Shown here one piece after another: positions 27,920-38,294 of a stretch of 64,000 nucleotides of DNA. The stretch is from the IMG/VR virus record IMGVR_UViG_2595698521_000001, positions 1 through 64,000 of that record; one strand, written 5' to 3'. Each line of letters starts with the position of its first letter. Within the stretch, counting starts at the first letter, position 1. Both the position numbers and the translations under genes were made by a program. Origin of the DNA: a virus (Duplodnaviria; Caudoviricetes). The notes under the pieces are model-generated. The model saw nothing but the letters and a program-made list of their open reading frames with translations, was not told the origin of the DNA and searched no databases.

Positions 27920-28171
27920 CTATTCTTGTTCTGCTAGTTTGCTAATACATTTCTTACAGATTCCGGATTTCCCCACCAACTCCACATCATGCGCTCCACA
28001 CTCGGAACATTTTTTGATAGGGTCGTATTTTCGGATAATAATAGTTCCTCCTGTTTCAGTTAGAAACTCCATATTAGTTCCGAAGGGAATGTCAAGCATA
28101 TCCCTTAATTCTTTTGGAATGATTAATCGTCCTAAATCATCCACTTTGCGCACGATTCCCGTTGCTTTCAT
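27920..28171 (-). CDS. abrB: AbrB-family transition-state regulator
   Basis: MKATGIVRKVDDLGRLIIPKELR; C-terminal CxxC...CxxC. Confidence 0.85.
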   Translation of the reverse strand: MKATGIVRKVDDLGRLIIPKELRDMLDIPFGTNMEFLTETGGTIIIRKYDPIKKCSECGAHDVELVGKSGICKKCISKLAEQE

Positions 28172-28587
28172 TATTCCTCGTCACCTCCTGCAAATTGATG
28201 TGTGATTTTCCACATCTTAGCGTGTACTGGTTCTGCTTCCTCATCGTCCGCATCATCCTTATTAAATAACGCCCATCCTCCGATAAAGTGAAGTTCCATT
28301 GCTTCATCATCCGATTCAAAACGTGGCGTATCACCTTCGTCAATTAATGCTAACCCTAAATCATCTAGTTGCTTTTTCAGCTTCTCCGCTCCGCCTTCCT
28401 CTTCTAAGATGCTGTAGTCCAATCCTGCTTCTTTAAGGATTTCTCGGAACGTTTCTTCTTTAGCGTTTAGGATTGCTACTTGTGTAGCTCCTGTTACTGC
28501 TTCTAACATACCCATTAAGCCGATTTCTTCTCCGGAAATTTGCGCTTCTTTCTCTGCTTTTGCTTGATTAAAGTTGATGACTGACAT
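28171..28587 (-). CDS. acidic hypothetical protein
   Basis: 138-aa ORF with AGGAGG RBS. Confidence 0.6.
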   Translation of the reverse strand: MSVINFNQAKAEKEAQISGEEIGLMGMLEAVTGATQVAILNAKEETFREILKEAGLDYSILEEEGGAEKLKKQLDDLGLALIDEGDTPRFESDDEAMELHFIGGWALFNKDDADDEEAEPVHAKMWKITHQFAGGDEE

Positions 28588-28861
28588 TTAGTTTCCTCCT
28601 AATTTGACCGCTTTCTAGCAGTTCATTCATTTTAGTTATAATAATTTCTCTAATAAGTGCTTTCATATTCTCCGCATGAAACGGAAAATCATTTACTACA
28701 ATACTTGCTTTAGTAAGTAACTCACGGGTGAGTGATTCAAGCTCTAAATCCCGTGAGATAATTTCTACATGAAACCGCATAAAGTCTTGGAAGTGAACAA
28801 CGATGTGTTTTCCTAGCACATTAACCGGAACATCAATTGGTTTAAATGGTTTGTCTTTCAT
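28568..28861 (-). CDS. hypothetical protein
   Basis: 97-aa coupled ORF. Confidence 0.55.
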   Translation of the reverse strand: MKDKPFKPIDVPVNVLGKHIVVHFQDFMRFHVEIISRDLELESLTRELLTKASIVVNDFPFHAENMKALIREIIITKMNELLESGQIRRKLNVSHQL

Positions 28862-29186
28862 AACGTCTCTTAAGCTCCTTCTCTAATTGTTCGGTAGGAA
28901 TTGCTTGTAAGATGTTACGTTTACCATGAATCGCTTCAAACATATCCGTCATATCAAATTCCTTAGAACAGCAGTTGTTGTAGTCTCCTTCGCAACCGGG
29001 AGTTTTAAGGAATCCTTCTTTTAATAAGAAAGTTTCCTCTTCCCCTCCTGCATTCGTAAGTACGAAATCAAGGAAACGAACTACCTCTTCAGAAAGATCA
29101 CCATTATGTTCAATCCCTAATCGGATATCTACTTCTTGCGCTTGGCTAATTGCATCAATTTTTACTACGTTATTTTTCTTTTCCAC
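28842..29186 (-). CDS. hypothetical protein
   Basis: 114-aa ORF, GTG start with GGAG RBS. Confidence 0.55.
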   Translation of the reverse strand: MEKKNNVVKIDAISQAQEVDIRLGIEHNGDLSEEVVRFLDFVLTNAGGEEETFLLKEGFLKTPGCEGDYNNCCSKEFDMTDMFEAIHGKRNILQAIPTEQLEKELKRRYERQTI

Positions 29187-29197
29187 GTTAATTCCTC

Positions 29198-31543
29198 CTA
29201 TTTCGCTTCAGCGTATGTTTTACCATAATCCCCATCGGCTCTTAGTTCGATGTTATTCATTGGTTGTGGTAGACAGTTAGCCATGATTTCTTGCACTCGC
29301 TCCATAGCTCTTTCTCTGTTACGTGCAGGAACTAATCCTACAATCTCATCGTGTACTTGGAGTACTTGTTCATAACCTAATTCGTTTAGTAACGGGTCAT
29401 GCTCAATGATGAGCTGTGCAGAGATTGTAATGTCTGCCGCACTCCCTTGAATCGGTGCGTTAACTGCTAAACGTTCGTTATATCCACGAGTTCCGTAATC
29501 AGAATCGTTTATTCCGTCTAAGTGTCGTTTACGTCCTAATACCGTATACACAACTCCATGACGATGCGCAAATTTCTTCTGCGACTTCATATACTTCGCT
29601 ACTCCTTTATAAGTTGCGAAATACATATCATATAATGTTTGTGCTTCATCTTTAGAAACACCTAACTGACTTGATAATGCTGAAGGACTTCCTCCATATA
29701 CAAGTAAGAAGTTGATTGTCTTCGCTTGTTGCCTTTGCTTCGGATACTTCTTCTTAGCTTCTTCAGCAGTACAATCCAACTTGAACATGTTAACAGCAGT
29801 ATCACCATGACTATCCACGTTACGTGCGAACATACTAATAAGTAACGGGTCTTGTGAGAAGTGAGTAAGTATGCGCATTTCCAAGTTGGAAAAGTCATGT
29901 GCGGTCATATCAATTTCTTCTTTAGCGTCACCAGGTACTACGAATGCATCCCTAATTTCGTATCTCTTCCAAAAATCATATTCCGCTTTTTCTTCCTTGT
30001 ATATCGCCCACGCACTTCTAAATGCTTCTTCATTATCAAACCATTCTCGTTGCGGTTCTTTTACATCCTCAATCGGACGTGGCAAGTTCTGCAAGTTAGG
30101 TTCTGAAGATGATAAACGTCCGGAAGTAGTTCCGGTTTGGTTGAATGAACAATGAATACGTCCATCAGAATAAACCTGCTCTGCAAGTCCTTCCATGTAA
30201 GTAGAGCGAAGTTTTTCAAGACGTTTGTATCTTAATACTAATCGTACAAATTCCTGACCTTCTTTCTTCTTCTTACTCTTCTTATAGTTACGCTTCAGTA
30301 TCTCATCTAATTCATCACTACCCGTTTTAGGTTGTCCGGTTTTTTCGGAAACAGCTCCCATAGGGAATTTATATGATGCTTCAATTAGATGTTTATTACC
30401 TGCGGGTTCATATCCAATGATTTTATTCTTGTTGTTCTTTTCTTTCCACTTTAATTCCCCTTTACGTGGACCAGTTTTATAAACTCCCTGCTCCCCAGTT
30501 TTCGGGTCAATAATTGGCTCATATATCTTTTCATATATCGGTTTTTGTTTTTCCCAACCGAATAATAACTCTGCAAGTTGTTGTCCACTCGTAATACTAA
30601 ACTCTAATCCTACTAATTCGAATATCTTATATTCCAAGTCGGCAAGGTCTTTCTCCGCCATTTTCGCCATTCGTTTTAGACGTTCAAAATCAACGGGAAC
30701 ACCTCTGCGCTCCATATTGAATAGAACTCGTAAGTAAGGCATTTGACGTTTAAAGAAGTAAGGCATAATCTTCTCATCTTCTAAAGCGTCCATGATATCA
30801 ACATAGATTTTCCAAGTCCAATAAGTATCATCCATTGCGTAAGGTGACATTATGTATTGGTCAACTAATGTTGCATCCCCTTTATACGTCTTCTTATAAC
30901 CAAATTCTACTTTTACTGAATCCGGAATAGTTAGAAGTAAATCTTTGAAGTGTGTTTGATGATACCCATAATAACGTTCTGTAATCTCCTTCAATCCGAT
31001 TAAGTTGTTTTCATCTATATTCCAAACAGCTATCATCGTATCGAACAAGTCATTCGTTTTAACCTCGATATCAACATTGGCTAATGCGTGTAACTCGGCT
31101 TTTAAGTTATGTCCTACAATCCGAATATCTGTCCTAGCAAAGACTCTTCTCATTAAGCGTTTGAACAGCCACATTGGAATCTGTTCTCTGTTCGAGTTTA
31201 CCCAACTTCCAACGGGTACGTAATAGTTGTTATCTTTTCCCCACGAAAATGATACTCCGACTAATTCCGATTCCCCTTTGTACTGCATGCGTAAACTACT
31301 GAACTCGGTATCAAATGCAAATTCTTCTACCTTCATTAGCTTTTTGTAGAGTCTGCGGAATTCTAGTTCATTAGTAACTGTTATTCCTTTATAGTGTTCC
31401 GACTTCACACGGGTTTTTCTTTTCTTATCCGTTACTCGGTCAACAAAGGCTAGTACGTTCTCCGCAATTCTTAACTTATCTTCTTTTGTTTGCGCCAACT
31501 CGCTTCCTCCATTTCCTCTGATTTCCTCTACAAGTAAAATCAT
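29198..31543 (-). CDS. polA: DNA polymerase family A with 3'-5' exonuclease
   Basis: AFDTE, GHNLKAE, YAMDD exo motifs; TTSGRLSSSEPNLQNLP, DFSNLEMR, RQQAKTINF..VYG, QVHDE. Confidence 0.95.
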   Translation of the reverse strand: MILLVEEIRGNGGSELAQTKEDKLRIAENVLAFVDRVTDKKRKTRVKSEHYKGITVTNELEFRRLYKKLMKVEEFAFDTEFSSLRMQYKGESELVGVSFSWGKDNNYYVPVGSWVNSNREQIPMWLFKRLMRRVFARTDIRIVGHNLKAELHALANVDIEVKTNDLFDTMIAVWNIDENNLIGLKEITERYYGYHQTHFKDLLLTIPDSVKVEFGYKKTYKGDATLVDQYIMSPYAMDDTYWTWKIYVDIMDALEDEKIMPYFFKRQMPYLRVLFNMERRGVPVDFERLKRMAKMAEKDLADLEYKIFELVGLEFSITSGQQLAELLFGWEKQKPIYEKIYEPIIDPKTGEQGVYKTGPRKGELKWKEKNNKNKIIGYEPAGNKHLIEASYKFPMGAVSEKTGQPKTGSDELDEILKRNYKKSKKKKEGQEFVRLVLRYKRLEKLRSTYMEGLAEQVYSDGRIHCSFNQTGTTSGRLSSSEPNLQNLPRPIEDVKEPQREWFDNEEAFRSAWAIYKEEKAEYDFWKRYEIRDAFVVPGDAKEEIDMTAHDFSNLEMRILTHFSQDPLLISMFARNVDSHGDTAVNMFKLDCTAEEAKKKYPKQRQQAKTINFLLVYGGSPSALSSQLGVSKDEAQTLYDMYFATYKGVAKYMKSQKKFAHRHGVVYTVLGRKRHLDGINDSDYGTRGYNERLAVNAPIQGSAADITISAQLIIEHDPLLNELGYEQVLQVHDEIVGLVPARNRERAMERVQEIMANCLPQPMNNIELRADGDYGKTYAEAK

Positions 31544-31616
31544 ACATCAGAATGACATATCCGTCAACGTTTTTTAACATGAAAAAATCCTGCACCGTAA
31601 AGTACAGGACTTCTTT

Positions 31617-31949
31617 TTAATTTACAGATTCAGCAAAGGTTTTTCCTTCAGTGAACTTAATTTTATTGTGTGCAGGTTTGGTAGATTTCTCACCATTCTG
31701 CGGGTTACGATGCACACGTGCAGGAATTTCACGTAATGCGAATGAACCGAATCCTACTAATGTAAGTTTTGCGCGAATATCTTTCTTCCCTTCGGGTTGC
31801 TCATCTGCATGAGATTCAAGCAAACCGATAATACCGATCAATACATCATCAATAATCTTTTCAGATTCCTTTTTAGTACGTCCGCTATCAGCAACGATTT
31901 GACGTGCTAAATCCTCTTTACTAAGTTGTTTCATATTATTCACCGTCAC
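31617..31949 (-). CDS. HU/IHF-family DNA-binding protein
   Basis: LSKEDL, LVGFGSF, RNPQNGE, IKFTEGK. Confidence 0.88.
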   Translation of the reverse strand: MTVNNMKQLSKEDLARQIVADSGRTKKESEKIIDDVLIGIIGLLESHADEQPEGKKDIRAKLTLVGFGSFALREIPARVHRNPQNGEKSTKPAHNKIKFTEGKTFAESVN

Positions 31950-32187
31950 TTTCTAACTCAATGATGATTTTAGTAACTGCTCCCTGTGAAGCGTGACATA
32001 ATGCCATTGCTTGCTCGATAGTACGATTAGAAAACTTCTTGTTATCTAATTTAACAGAGAACGTGTTACCTTCGTTCTTTACTACTTTGTTAACTTCTTT
32101 TTCTGCTACTTTATTTTCAACCGGATTTGCTTCGATTGTTTTTGGAGTAGCTTTCTTTACTGCTCGTGCCATAATGCATTCCTCCAA
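31936..32187 (-). CDS. hypothetical protein
   Basis: 83-aa ORF; likely start MARAVKK after GGAGG. Confidence 0.55.
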   Translation of the reverse strand: MEECIMARAVKKATPKTIEANPVENKVAEKEVNKVVKNEGNTFSVKLDNKKFSNRTIEQAMALCHASQGAVTKIIIELESDGE

Positions 32188-32226
32188 TTTAATAAACTAT
32201 GTAAAGGGGATTTCTCCCCTTATGTA

Positions 32227-33114
32227 TTACTTACGTTTAAATACTGATTTCTTTTTCTTAGATGCTACTGTTTTCTTAGCAGGAGCTTTTGATGATTTAG
32301 ATTTAGAACCGATTTTTCTACGTGGACGTTCTTCTTCCTCTTCGTCCTCATCTTCATCTTCGTCTTCCTCATCATCGTCATCGTCCTCTTCATCATCAAG
32401 GGACATTGTGCTACCTAAATCATCATCGTCTTCGTCATCATCTTCTTCTCCGTCTTCATCATCACGACCTGTATCCTGTCCTTCTAATTCAACATCGTCA
32501 AAGATTTGTGATTCAACGATTTCATATAATGATTCCATTTCACCGTCAAAGTGATTACGCACTTCTTCCGGAAGTTGTGCAAGTAGCTGTTTGATTTCCT
32601 TTTCAGTAAGACGAATCTTTTTATCATTTTCTAATTCGTAGGAAGTAGTTGCTTGCTTCCCAGTCTTAGACATTAACCATAAGTACTTAGTCAATCCTTT
32701 ACGTTGAGATTTACGAGCGTATTTCCCGATATCACTAGAACCACGGACTAATAATTTAACACGGTCTTTAACTTTCTTTTTATTACCTGTCTTCTTATTG
32801 TCCTTGTATTCATCAACTTCGAATGTTCGTCTATCGACTACTAACCAAGCTCCTTTATATGACGGGTTATCCCCTCTATCGCACTCCGGACAGTTATCTC
32901 CGGAACAAGTAATGTTATCCCATCCCTTACCACTCTTGATAGAATGTTCGTGGAATAAAATTGGCTCTTCAGTAAGGAAGATTACAGGTACATCCTCGTC
33001 CCCGTCTTTTAAGAACATGCGGAAAATCTTACCTTGTCTTCTTGCACGTTCCTTTTCACGTTTTGTTTCTTCCTCTTTGTGTGCGCTGAAACCTCTTCGT
33101 TTAAATACTGACAT
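32227..33114 (-). CDS. putative single-stranded DNA-binding protein (gp32-like) with poly-acidic tract
   Basis: H...C...CxxC Zn site, long D/E run, basic tail; position in the replication block; own promoter. Confidence 0.6.
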   Translation of the reverse strand: MSVFKRRGFSAHKEEETKREKERARRQGKIFRMFLKDGDEDVPVIFLTEEPILFHEHSIKSGKGWDNITCSGDNCPECDRGDNPSYKGAWLVVDRRTFEVDEYKDNKKTGNKKKVKDRVKLLVRGSSDIGKYARKSQRKGLTKYLWLMSKTGKQATTSYELENDKKIRLTEKEIKQLLAQLPEEVRNHFDGEMESLYEIVESQIFDDVELEGQDTGRDDEDGEEDDDEDDDDLGSTMSLDDEEDDDDDEEDEDEDEDEEEEERPRRKIGSKSKSSKAPAKKTVASKKKKSVFKRK

Positions 33115-33180
33115 ATTATTTTCCCCCTGCTGACTCTTATTGAGTCGATTAATTTGATGTAGCTGATTGCTACGCTTTTT

Positions 33181-33209
33181 ATTATATAATTACACTTTTA
33201 CAAAGTCAA
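33181..33209 (-). promoter_or_regulatory. consensus SigA promoter
   Basis: TTGACT-N17-TATAAT. Confidence 0.75.
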
Positions 33210-33219
33210 CTTTTAATTT

Positions 33220-33558
33220 TTATATGGTAAAAGTGGGTTCAATACGCTCAACACTAATTTTAGACCATTGTTTGCTAATGTCTAATGTAGAAACTCCTAA
33301 TGCCATTAAAGATGACTTCAGAGTGTTTAATGCTTCCGTCATAACTTCCACATCGTTTCCTTCAATTCGCTCATCGTACCAAGTCATCGGTACAGTAACG
33401 AAAAACGGAGTACGGGAAGTATTCTCCCCTATCGTTGTAAGTCCTGCTCCTACATTTACAAAGAACTGTCCTTTAACCGGAGTATTAGAAATCTCCATAC
33501 TAACTTGGTCTAATCTTACTCTTCTTTTATTTGATTTCTTACCGTATTGTCTTCTCAT
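33220..33558 (-). CDS. hypothetical protein
   Basis: 112-aa ORF coupled to primase. Confidence 0.55.
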   Translation of the reverse strand: MRRQYGKKSNKRRVRLDQVSMEISNTPVKGQFFVNVGAGLTTIGENTSRTPFFVTVPMTWYDERIEGNDVEVMTEALNTLKSSLMALGVSTLDISKQWSKISVERIEPTFTI

Positions 33559-34610
33559 AATCTGCGCAACTTCTTTCTCCCGTATCGGGTTTTATTTTTT
33601 AACATCTTATCCACTTGTTTCTTAGTCATACCTTCGGGGTCTTTCTGTCCTTCCGGATATTCCGTATCAAAACAAATGAAGTCATCTTTCAGAATCTCAT
33701 ACGCTACTTCTTTACCTACTCTTCCGGCTTTATCGTTATCATGCATAAAGATGACACGCTTAACTCCTAATTGATGCAGGATTTCTGCTTGCGTAGAATA
33801 CCCTGTTTTCTTATCCATACTCATTTTGGCAACTATGATGGAAAGTACATTAGTGTATCCCAGTTGTTTTAACCATTGTCTATCTAATGTTCCCTCTACT
33901 ATGATTGCGGTATTATCTTCCGAATAAAATTCATGACTTCCGTAAAGAACTTCACCGATTGGGAAATTGTCGTATATGTAGTACTTAGGTTGATTCCCGT
34001 ATACTTCTTTATACTTCCTATTAACTTTCCCGCTTTTCGTTTTCTCATTCAATACAGCACGTCCGATAATACCTGCTAATGCTCCGTCCGGATGGAATAC
34101 TGGAATTGTGATTCTCTTCCGGATTCTGTCCCACCCCATCATAGCTTCTTTTACAATTTGCTTTGTGTATCCCCGCTTAAATATGTAGGGATGAGTTTCT
34201 TTCCCGCTTCTGAATGGAGCTAATTTCGTGCGTGGAAGTTCAAAACGTTTTCCTTCTTCCTGCTTCGCTTCTTCGATATCTTCATACCGTCTTAGCTTTT
34301 CTTCGCTATCAAAAGTACTTCTAAAGTCCACATTGAACTTTTCCTCAATTTCGCTCATAGCGTCATGGAATTCTAATCCTTTTACGTATCCGTATAATTT
34401 AGGAAGACTAAAGCGTTCTTCGCATGCATAACACTGACCGTAAATTCCTCCCTCTCCGTCCATAACAATTCCGGCTGAAGGAGAATTCTCACCGTGGAAG
34501 GGACAACAAAACATGTAGTTTATCCCTTTTCGTCCACTGTGTCTTTTTACTTTATCTAAAGCTAAGTCATGTTTTAGAATCTCTTCCAATTCATGTTCTG
34601 CCAACTTCAT
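33555..34610 (-). CDS. DNA primase
   Basis: CPFH...CYAC zinc finger, IVEGTLD and DNDKAG TOPRIM motifs. Confidence 0.9.
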   Translation of the reverse strand: MKLAEHELEEILKHDLALDKVKRHSGRKGINYMFCCPFHGENSPSAGIVMDGEGGIYGQCYACEERFSLPKLYGYVKGLEFHDAMSEIEEKFNVDFRSTFDSEEKLRRYEDIEEAKQEEGKRFELPRTKLAPFRSGKETHPYIFKRGYTKQIVKEAMMGWDRIRKRITIPVFHPDGALAGIIGRAVLNEKTKSGKVNRKYKEVYGNQPKYYIYDNFPIGEVLYGSHEFYSEDNTAIIVEGTLDRQWLKQLGYTNVLSIIVAKMSMDKKTGYSTQAEILHQLGVKRVIFMHDNDKAGRVGKEVAYEILKDDFICFDTEYPEGQKDPEGMTKKQVDKMLKNKTRYGRKKLRRL

Positions 34611-34621
34611 AAAAGATCACC

Positions 34622-35113
34622 TTACTCTGCTTCGAAATATTTTGTAGTTATCGCAATTGATAACTTCATAGGATTCTTTAAATCATCCCGTAACCATGAT
34701 TGCATCTTCTCATCTCTAAGTAATGTTTTAATCGCTTCTAGCGGGTGGTCATCGTAAACATCTCCAATGCGCATTATAATTCCCGCAGGAAGTCTTACCT
34801 TATGTCCTAATCCGTGTCCTTCTACTAATACAAACTTTCCATCAACGAATTTAGGCTCTACATCTATTACATGTCCATCTTCATAAATACGTTGAATGTG
34901 TAGAACTTTGATGTCCTTTGTCATTTGAACTACCGCATGAAGTACACTTTGTTCGCTGAAGATTTCCGTGAAGAATGTTGCTTTCCCGCTTCCATCATCA
35001 AATGTATGCTCCTTACAAATTACATGCGTAAACTTTTGCTCTCCAATCTTTGCCACAATAATCGCTCCTTTTTCACTTTTAACAAGTGTTTTATATGGTA
35101 AAAGTAGAATCAT
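34622..35113 (-). CDS. hypothetical protein
   Basis: ORF with AAGGAG before an internal GTG start; similar to 8682..8954. Confidence 0.55.
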   Translation of the reverse strand: MILLLPYKTLVKSEKGAIIVAKIGEQKFTHVICKEHTFDDGSGKATFFTEIFSEQSVLHAVVQMTKDIKVLHIQRIYEDGHVIDVEPKFVDGKFVLVEGHGLGHKVRLPAGIIMRIGDVYDDHPLEAIKTLLRDEKMQSWLRDDLKNPMKLSIAITTKYFEAE

Positions 35114-35158
35114 AGGGTTATTGTAACTCTACAATTCTACTTTTGTCAATTTGCTGTA

Positions 35159-36430
35159 TTATGCTATTTCTTGTACCCCACTTGGTAGTTCTGTTTCTTC
35201 ATCATCGTCATCATCCGGCTTATTATCTCCACCTTCAGAATAGATAGTATCGTACTTCATTTTGTCGAAGTCCCAGTTCATATAAATAGCATGAGAAATA
35301 TCACCCTCACGGACTTTTAGGAACTTCAGTTTAATCTCTTTGTCCGCTTTCATTTCTTGGTCTTGTTCTAATGCCATAATAACGTCACAGTCTGCCGCAA
35401 TTGCTTTAGCGAATGCGATAGCTCCTAATGACGCTTTCTCTTCTTTAATTTGCGTAGATACGTAGATTGGAAGCTTCTTGACTAATGCTAAACTATGTAA
35501 TGCTCGCCATACACGAACATGTGACTTCCAATCGTCCTCATCACTCGCATCATCAGATAGTAAGTAAGCACCATCGACAAATACGATATCCGGTTTATGT
35601 TGGTCAATCTTAGCTGATACTTGCGTAACTCCTGCTGTAGCTTGTTCCACGATTAAATTCGTATCCGTGTCACCTTCCATTTTAGCTAAGTACGCTTTAT
35701 AACGTTTCTCTTCTTCCTTCGTAAGTCGTCCATCTCGGAAACGTGTATACGACAATTTACACCAAATAGCATCAATACGTCTAATAATCATCTTCGTACT
35801 CATCTCGGTAGTGAAGAATAGAACTTTGTATCCTTGCTTCGCCATGTAAACTGCTTGTATTAACTCAAACCACGTTTTCCCCGTTCCGGTATATCCTAAC
35901 AGGGTAATTAGTTCCCCGCCATTATATCCCTTCAGTGTGTAGTCGAGTCTATCAATTCCCGATGGAATCCCAGTCATACCACCCATGTTCTTTCGGGTTT
36001 CATAATCATTCCAACGTTGTTCGGTGTTCTTTGTAACTTCCTGTCTATCCGTTAAAATGATGTCCTGCTCAATCTTAGAAATTACCTGCTGTATGATTTT
36101 GTAGGCTTCATCCGTTTCTAAGTTGTCGATAAGTTCCGTTGCTTCGTCCATTCCATCTACTAATGTATTATGTTTCCGTTTATTCCGGATTTCATCGCAG
36201 TAGTAGCGCAAACCTTCGGGAGCATCAGAAAGTTTTAAGTGTGGATGTTTCTTCTTAAATACTTCTAATGACGGAACTTTACCATACTTAGTTTGATGGT
36301 TTGTTATAAAACGAAATGCTTTTCGATTACGTCCCGTAAAGAAACGAGGTGTAATCTGCATATCGTTAACCACAATAAGATCACCGGTTTCAATAATCTT
36401 AGAAATCAATTGAGTTTCAATATTGCTCAT
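35159..36430 (-). CDS. DnaB-like replicative helicase
   Basis: GIPSG...LD, GYTGTGKT, FFTTEM, VFVDG, STQ, KVREG. Confidence 0.9.
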   Translation of the reverse strand: MSNIETQLISKIIETGDLIVVNDMQITPRFFTGRNRKAFRFITNHQTKYGKVPSLEVFKKKHPHLKLSDAPEGLRYYCDEIRNKRKHNTLVDGMDEATELIDNLETDEAYKIIQQVISKIEQDIILTDRQEVTKNTEQRWNDYETRKNMGGMTGIPSGIDRLDYTLKGYNGGELITLLGYTGTGKTWFELIQAVYMAKQGYKVLFFTTEMSTKMIIRRIDAIWCKLSYTRFRDGRLTKEEEKRYKAYLAKMEGDTDTNLIVEQATAGVTQVSAKIDQHKPDIVFVDGAYLLSDDASDEDDWKSHVRVWRALHSLALVKKLPIYVSTQIKEEKASLGAIAFAKAIAADCDVIMALEQDQEMKADKEIKLKFLKVREGDISHAIYMNWDFDKMKYDTIYSEGGDNKPDDDDDEETELPSGVQEIA

Positions 36431-36861
36431 TTAAGTACCCTCCAAATATCATCTATGTGCATGAAATGTTTAGATGATGCAATGCTAATTAGTGTATCGT
36501 CTGCTGTAAAGAAATAATGATATGGAAAGTCACCGATATAATCCGTACTTCGCACAACTACTATTCTTGTATACGGGATAAACTCTGCATTCAAGAAATT
36601 CTCCAATGATTCAATATCCGTATACTGTCTAGTTACTAATACAATACTTACATCTTGCTTCCAAACCGCATTTAACGTTTTAATGAATTCCGATTTTATC
36701 TTGCGTTTGAATAGTAATTGTTCTTCATTTAAAAAGAACTTCATTAAGTTTCCCCGAAAAGTAGACTCTTCAGCTTCAAACATTAAAGAGTCGATATCGA
36801 AACCGATGTATGGAGCGCATCGGTTCGAAATATTTCCTCCCATCATACAATCACTCCCCAA
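36427..36861 (-). CDS. hypothetical protein, HAD-like
   Basis: IGFDIDS, LVTR, TADD resemble HAD motifs. Confidence 0.5.
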   Translation of the reverse strand: MGSDCMMGGNISNRCAPYIGFDIDSLMFEAEESTFRGNLMKFFLNEEQLLFKRKIKSEFIKTLNAVWKQDVSIVLVTRQYTDIESLENFLNAEFIPYTRIVVVRSTDYIGDFPYHYFFTADDTLISIASSKHFMHIDDIWRVLK

Positions 36862-37486
36862 ATAGTAATTTAATGCTCTTCTTCTGCCTTGTTACAGAAG
36901 TTCTATTATCTTCTTCCGTGTATTTAAGTTTAACAAAGTTTCCTTTAATAAGAGAAGATATAGATTTACCATATTGCTCATAAAGTCCATCCTTTGTATC
37001 AAGTGGAAGGTTTGTACATATGATTGTTGACGTGCCTTTTGTATCTCTGTATCGCAGTAACTCTTCTAATAAAGTTACATTGAATAGTTTCTCGGAAAAT
37101 GTTTCTTTACCTACTTCATCTATTACTAAGAATTCCGCATCATATATTTTCTGTATCTTCTCCCGTGCATCTTCGTCACGATTGGACTTAAACTTTAAAT
37201 CTATTAAGCTTTGCAACGTGATTAAGAATGAGGAATAACGATAGCGATAAGCTTCTTTCACGATAATAGCAGAAAGGTATGTTTTCCCGCTCCCGTTTGA
37301 GCCATACATAATTAAACTTTGTCCATCGGCTAACATTTCCGGAAAGTTATTAATGAAGTTTTTAACCAACTTCTTCTTACTTGCATCAATAGGATACTGT
37401 TCTAATGTAGCATCGAAATAATCACGTGGAACACCTCGATATGCTAAATTCTCTTTTGATAACTTGCTACGTTTTGGACGACTCAT
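36851..37486 (-). CDS. DnaC/IstB-like helicase loader ATPase
   Basis: GSNGSGKT, LVIDEVG, R.....TIICTN. Confidence 0.88.
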   Translation of the reverse strand: MSRPKRSKLSKENLAYRGVPRDYFDATLEQYPIDASKKKLVKNFINNFPEMLADGQSLIMYGSNGSGKTYLSAIIVKEAYRYRYSSFLITLQSLIDLKFKSNRDEDAREKIQKIYDAEFLVIDEVGKETFSEKLFNVTLLEELLRYRDTKGTSTIICTNLPLDTKDGLYEQYGKSISSLIKGNFVKLKYTEEDNRTSVTRQKKSIKLLFGE

Positions 37487-38085
37487 AGGAAAATGTCCCC
37501 TCCTGTACTTTCTACTTTCTTCGTTTTAATCTTTTTGCGCTTAATCGTTTTCTTCGGTTTTGCTCCCAGTTCGAGCGCATCATCATTTTTCGGCTTTTCG
37601 CTTGCTTCTGCTATCCACTCACGATTGCGTTTAGGAGCATTCTTTGTTTTGTACTCTCCCGCTTTCCATAGTTGCGTATTTTGGTAGATTGATTGCAACC
37701 ATCCTTTGGATATAATCCATACTCCGACTGTTCGTGTATCTGTAATATCTTGACCACTATCAAACACGAAATCTATCATATCCTTCAAGTTGCTCCATCC
37801 CATGTTATCTAAGACGGATTTAATAATTGCATAATCACGAGCGTAATTAGTTTGGATATAACGAGAACCCTGTTCCTCGAACTTCATTACAAAGTACTGA
37901 TACCAGTCCTTGTGGTCGAACTCATGAAATTCTCCCTCATCAAGTCGAGCTTGGAACTTCTCCTTATTCTTTTGGTTTGCTGTTTTCTTTTCCGCTTTCT
38001 TTTTAGGTTGCATACGTTGAGCGGAAAAATCCACAATATCTTTCTTGTCGAATAGGTTTACAACTTTTGAACGGTCTGGACGCAT
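37483..38085 (-). CDS. hypothetical protein (possible replication initiator/organiser)
   Basis: 200-aa ORF coupled upstream of the loader; function inferred from position only. Confidence 0.5.
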   Translation of the reverse strand: MRPDRSKVVNLFDKKDIVDFSAQRMQPKKKAEKKTANQKNKEKFQARLDEGEFHEFDHKDWYQYFVMKFEEQGSRYIQTNYARDYAIIKSVLDNMGWSNLKDMIDFVFDSGQDITDTRTVGVWIISKGWLQSIYQNTQLWKAGEYKTKNAPKRNREWIAEASEKPKNDDALELGAKPKKTIKRKKIKTKKVESTGGDIFL

Positions 38086-38105
38086 TGCTTTACACCTCGT
38101 ATATG

Positions 38106-38294
38106 TTATTTATTTTTAAGATTAATTAATGTTGGTTTTCGGATTTCTCCTATGTTTGTTTCTCCTTGATACACCATTGTTTGCTTCTCCCCGCAGACTG
38201 CACAATGCATAAGTTTTCGTAAATAGTACTTATCGACAATTGTTGTATGTCCGCATCCTTTTTCACATTTGTATACATGAAAAATTTGCTCCAA
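38106..38294 (-). CDS. small Zn-ribbon protein
   Basis: YKCEKGCG...CAVCG. Confidence 0.55.
   Translation of the reverse strand: MEQIFHVYKCEKGCGHTTIVDKYYLRKLMHCAVCGEKQTMVYQGETNIGEIRKPTLINLKNK

Noticed and set aside
20059-31543. Introns or inteins in nrdE, nrdF, recA or polA
   Set aside because: The reading frames are continuous and of normal length, with no intein or homing-endonuclease motifs seen.
32330-32470. TCx/TCA trinucleotide-like repeat
   Set aside because: It simply encodes the poly-Asp/Glu tract of the putative SSB.
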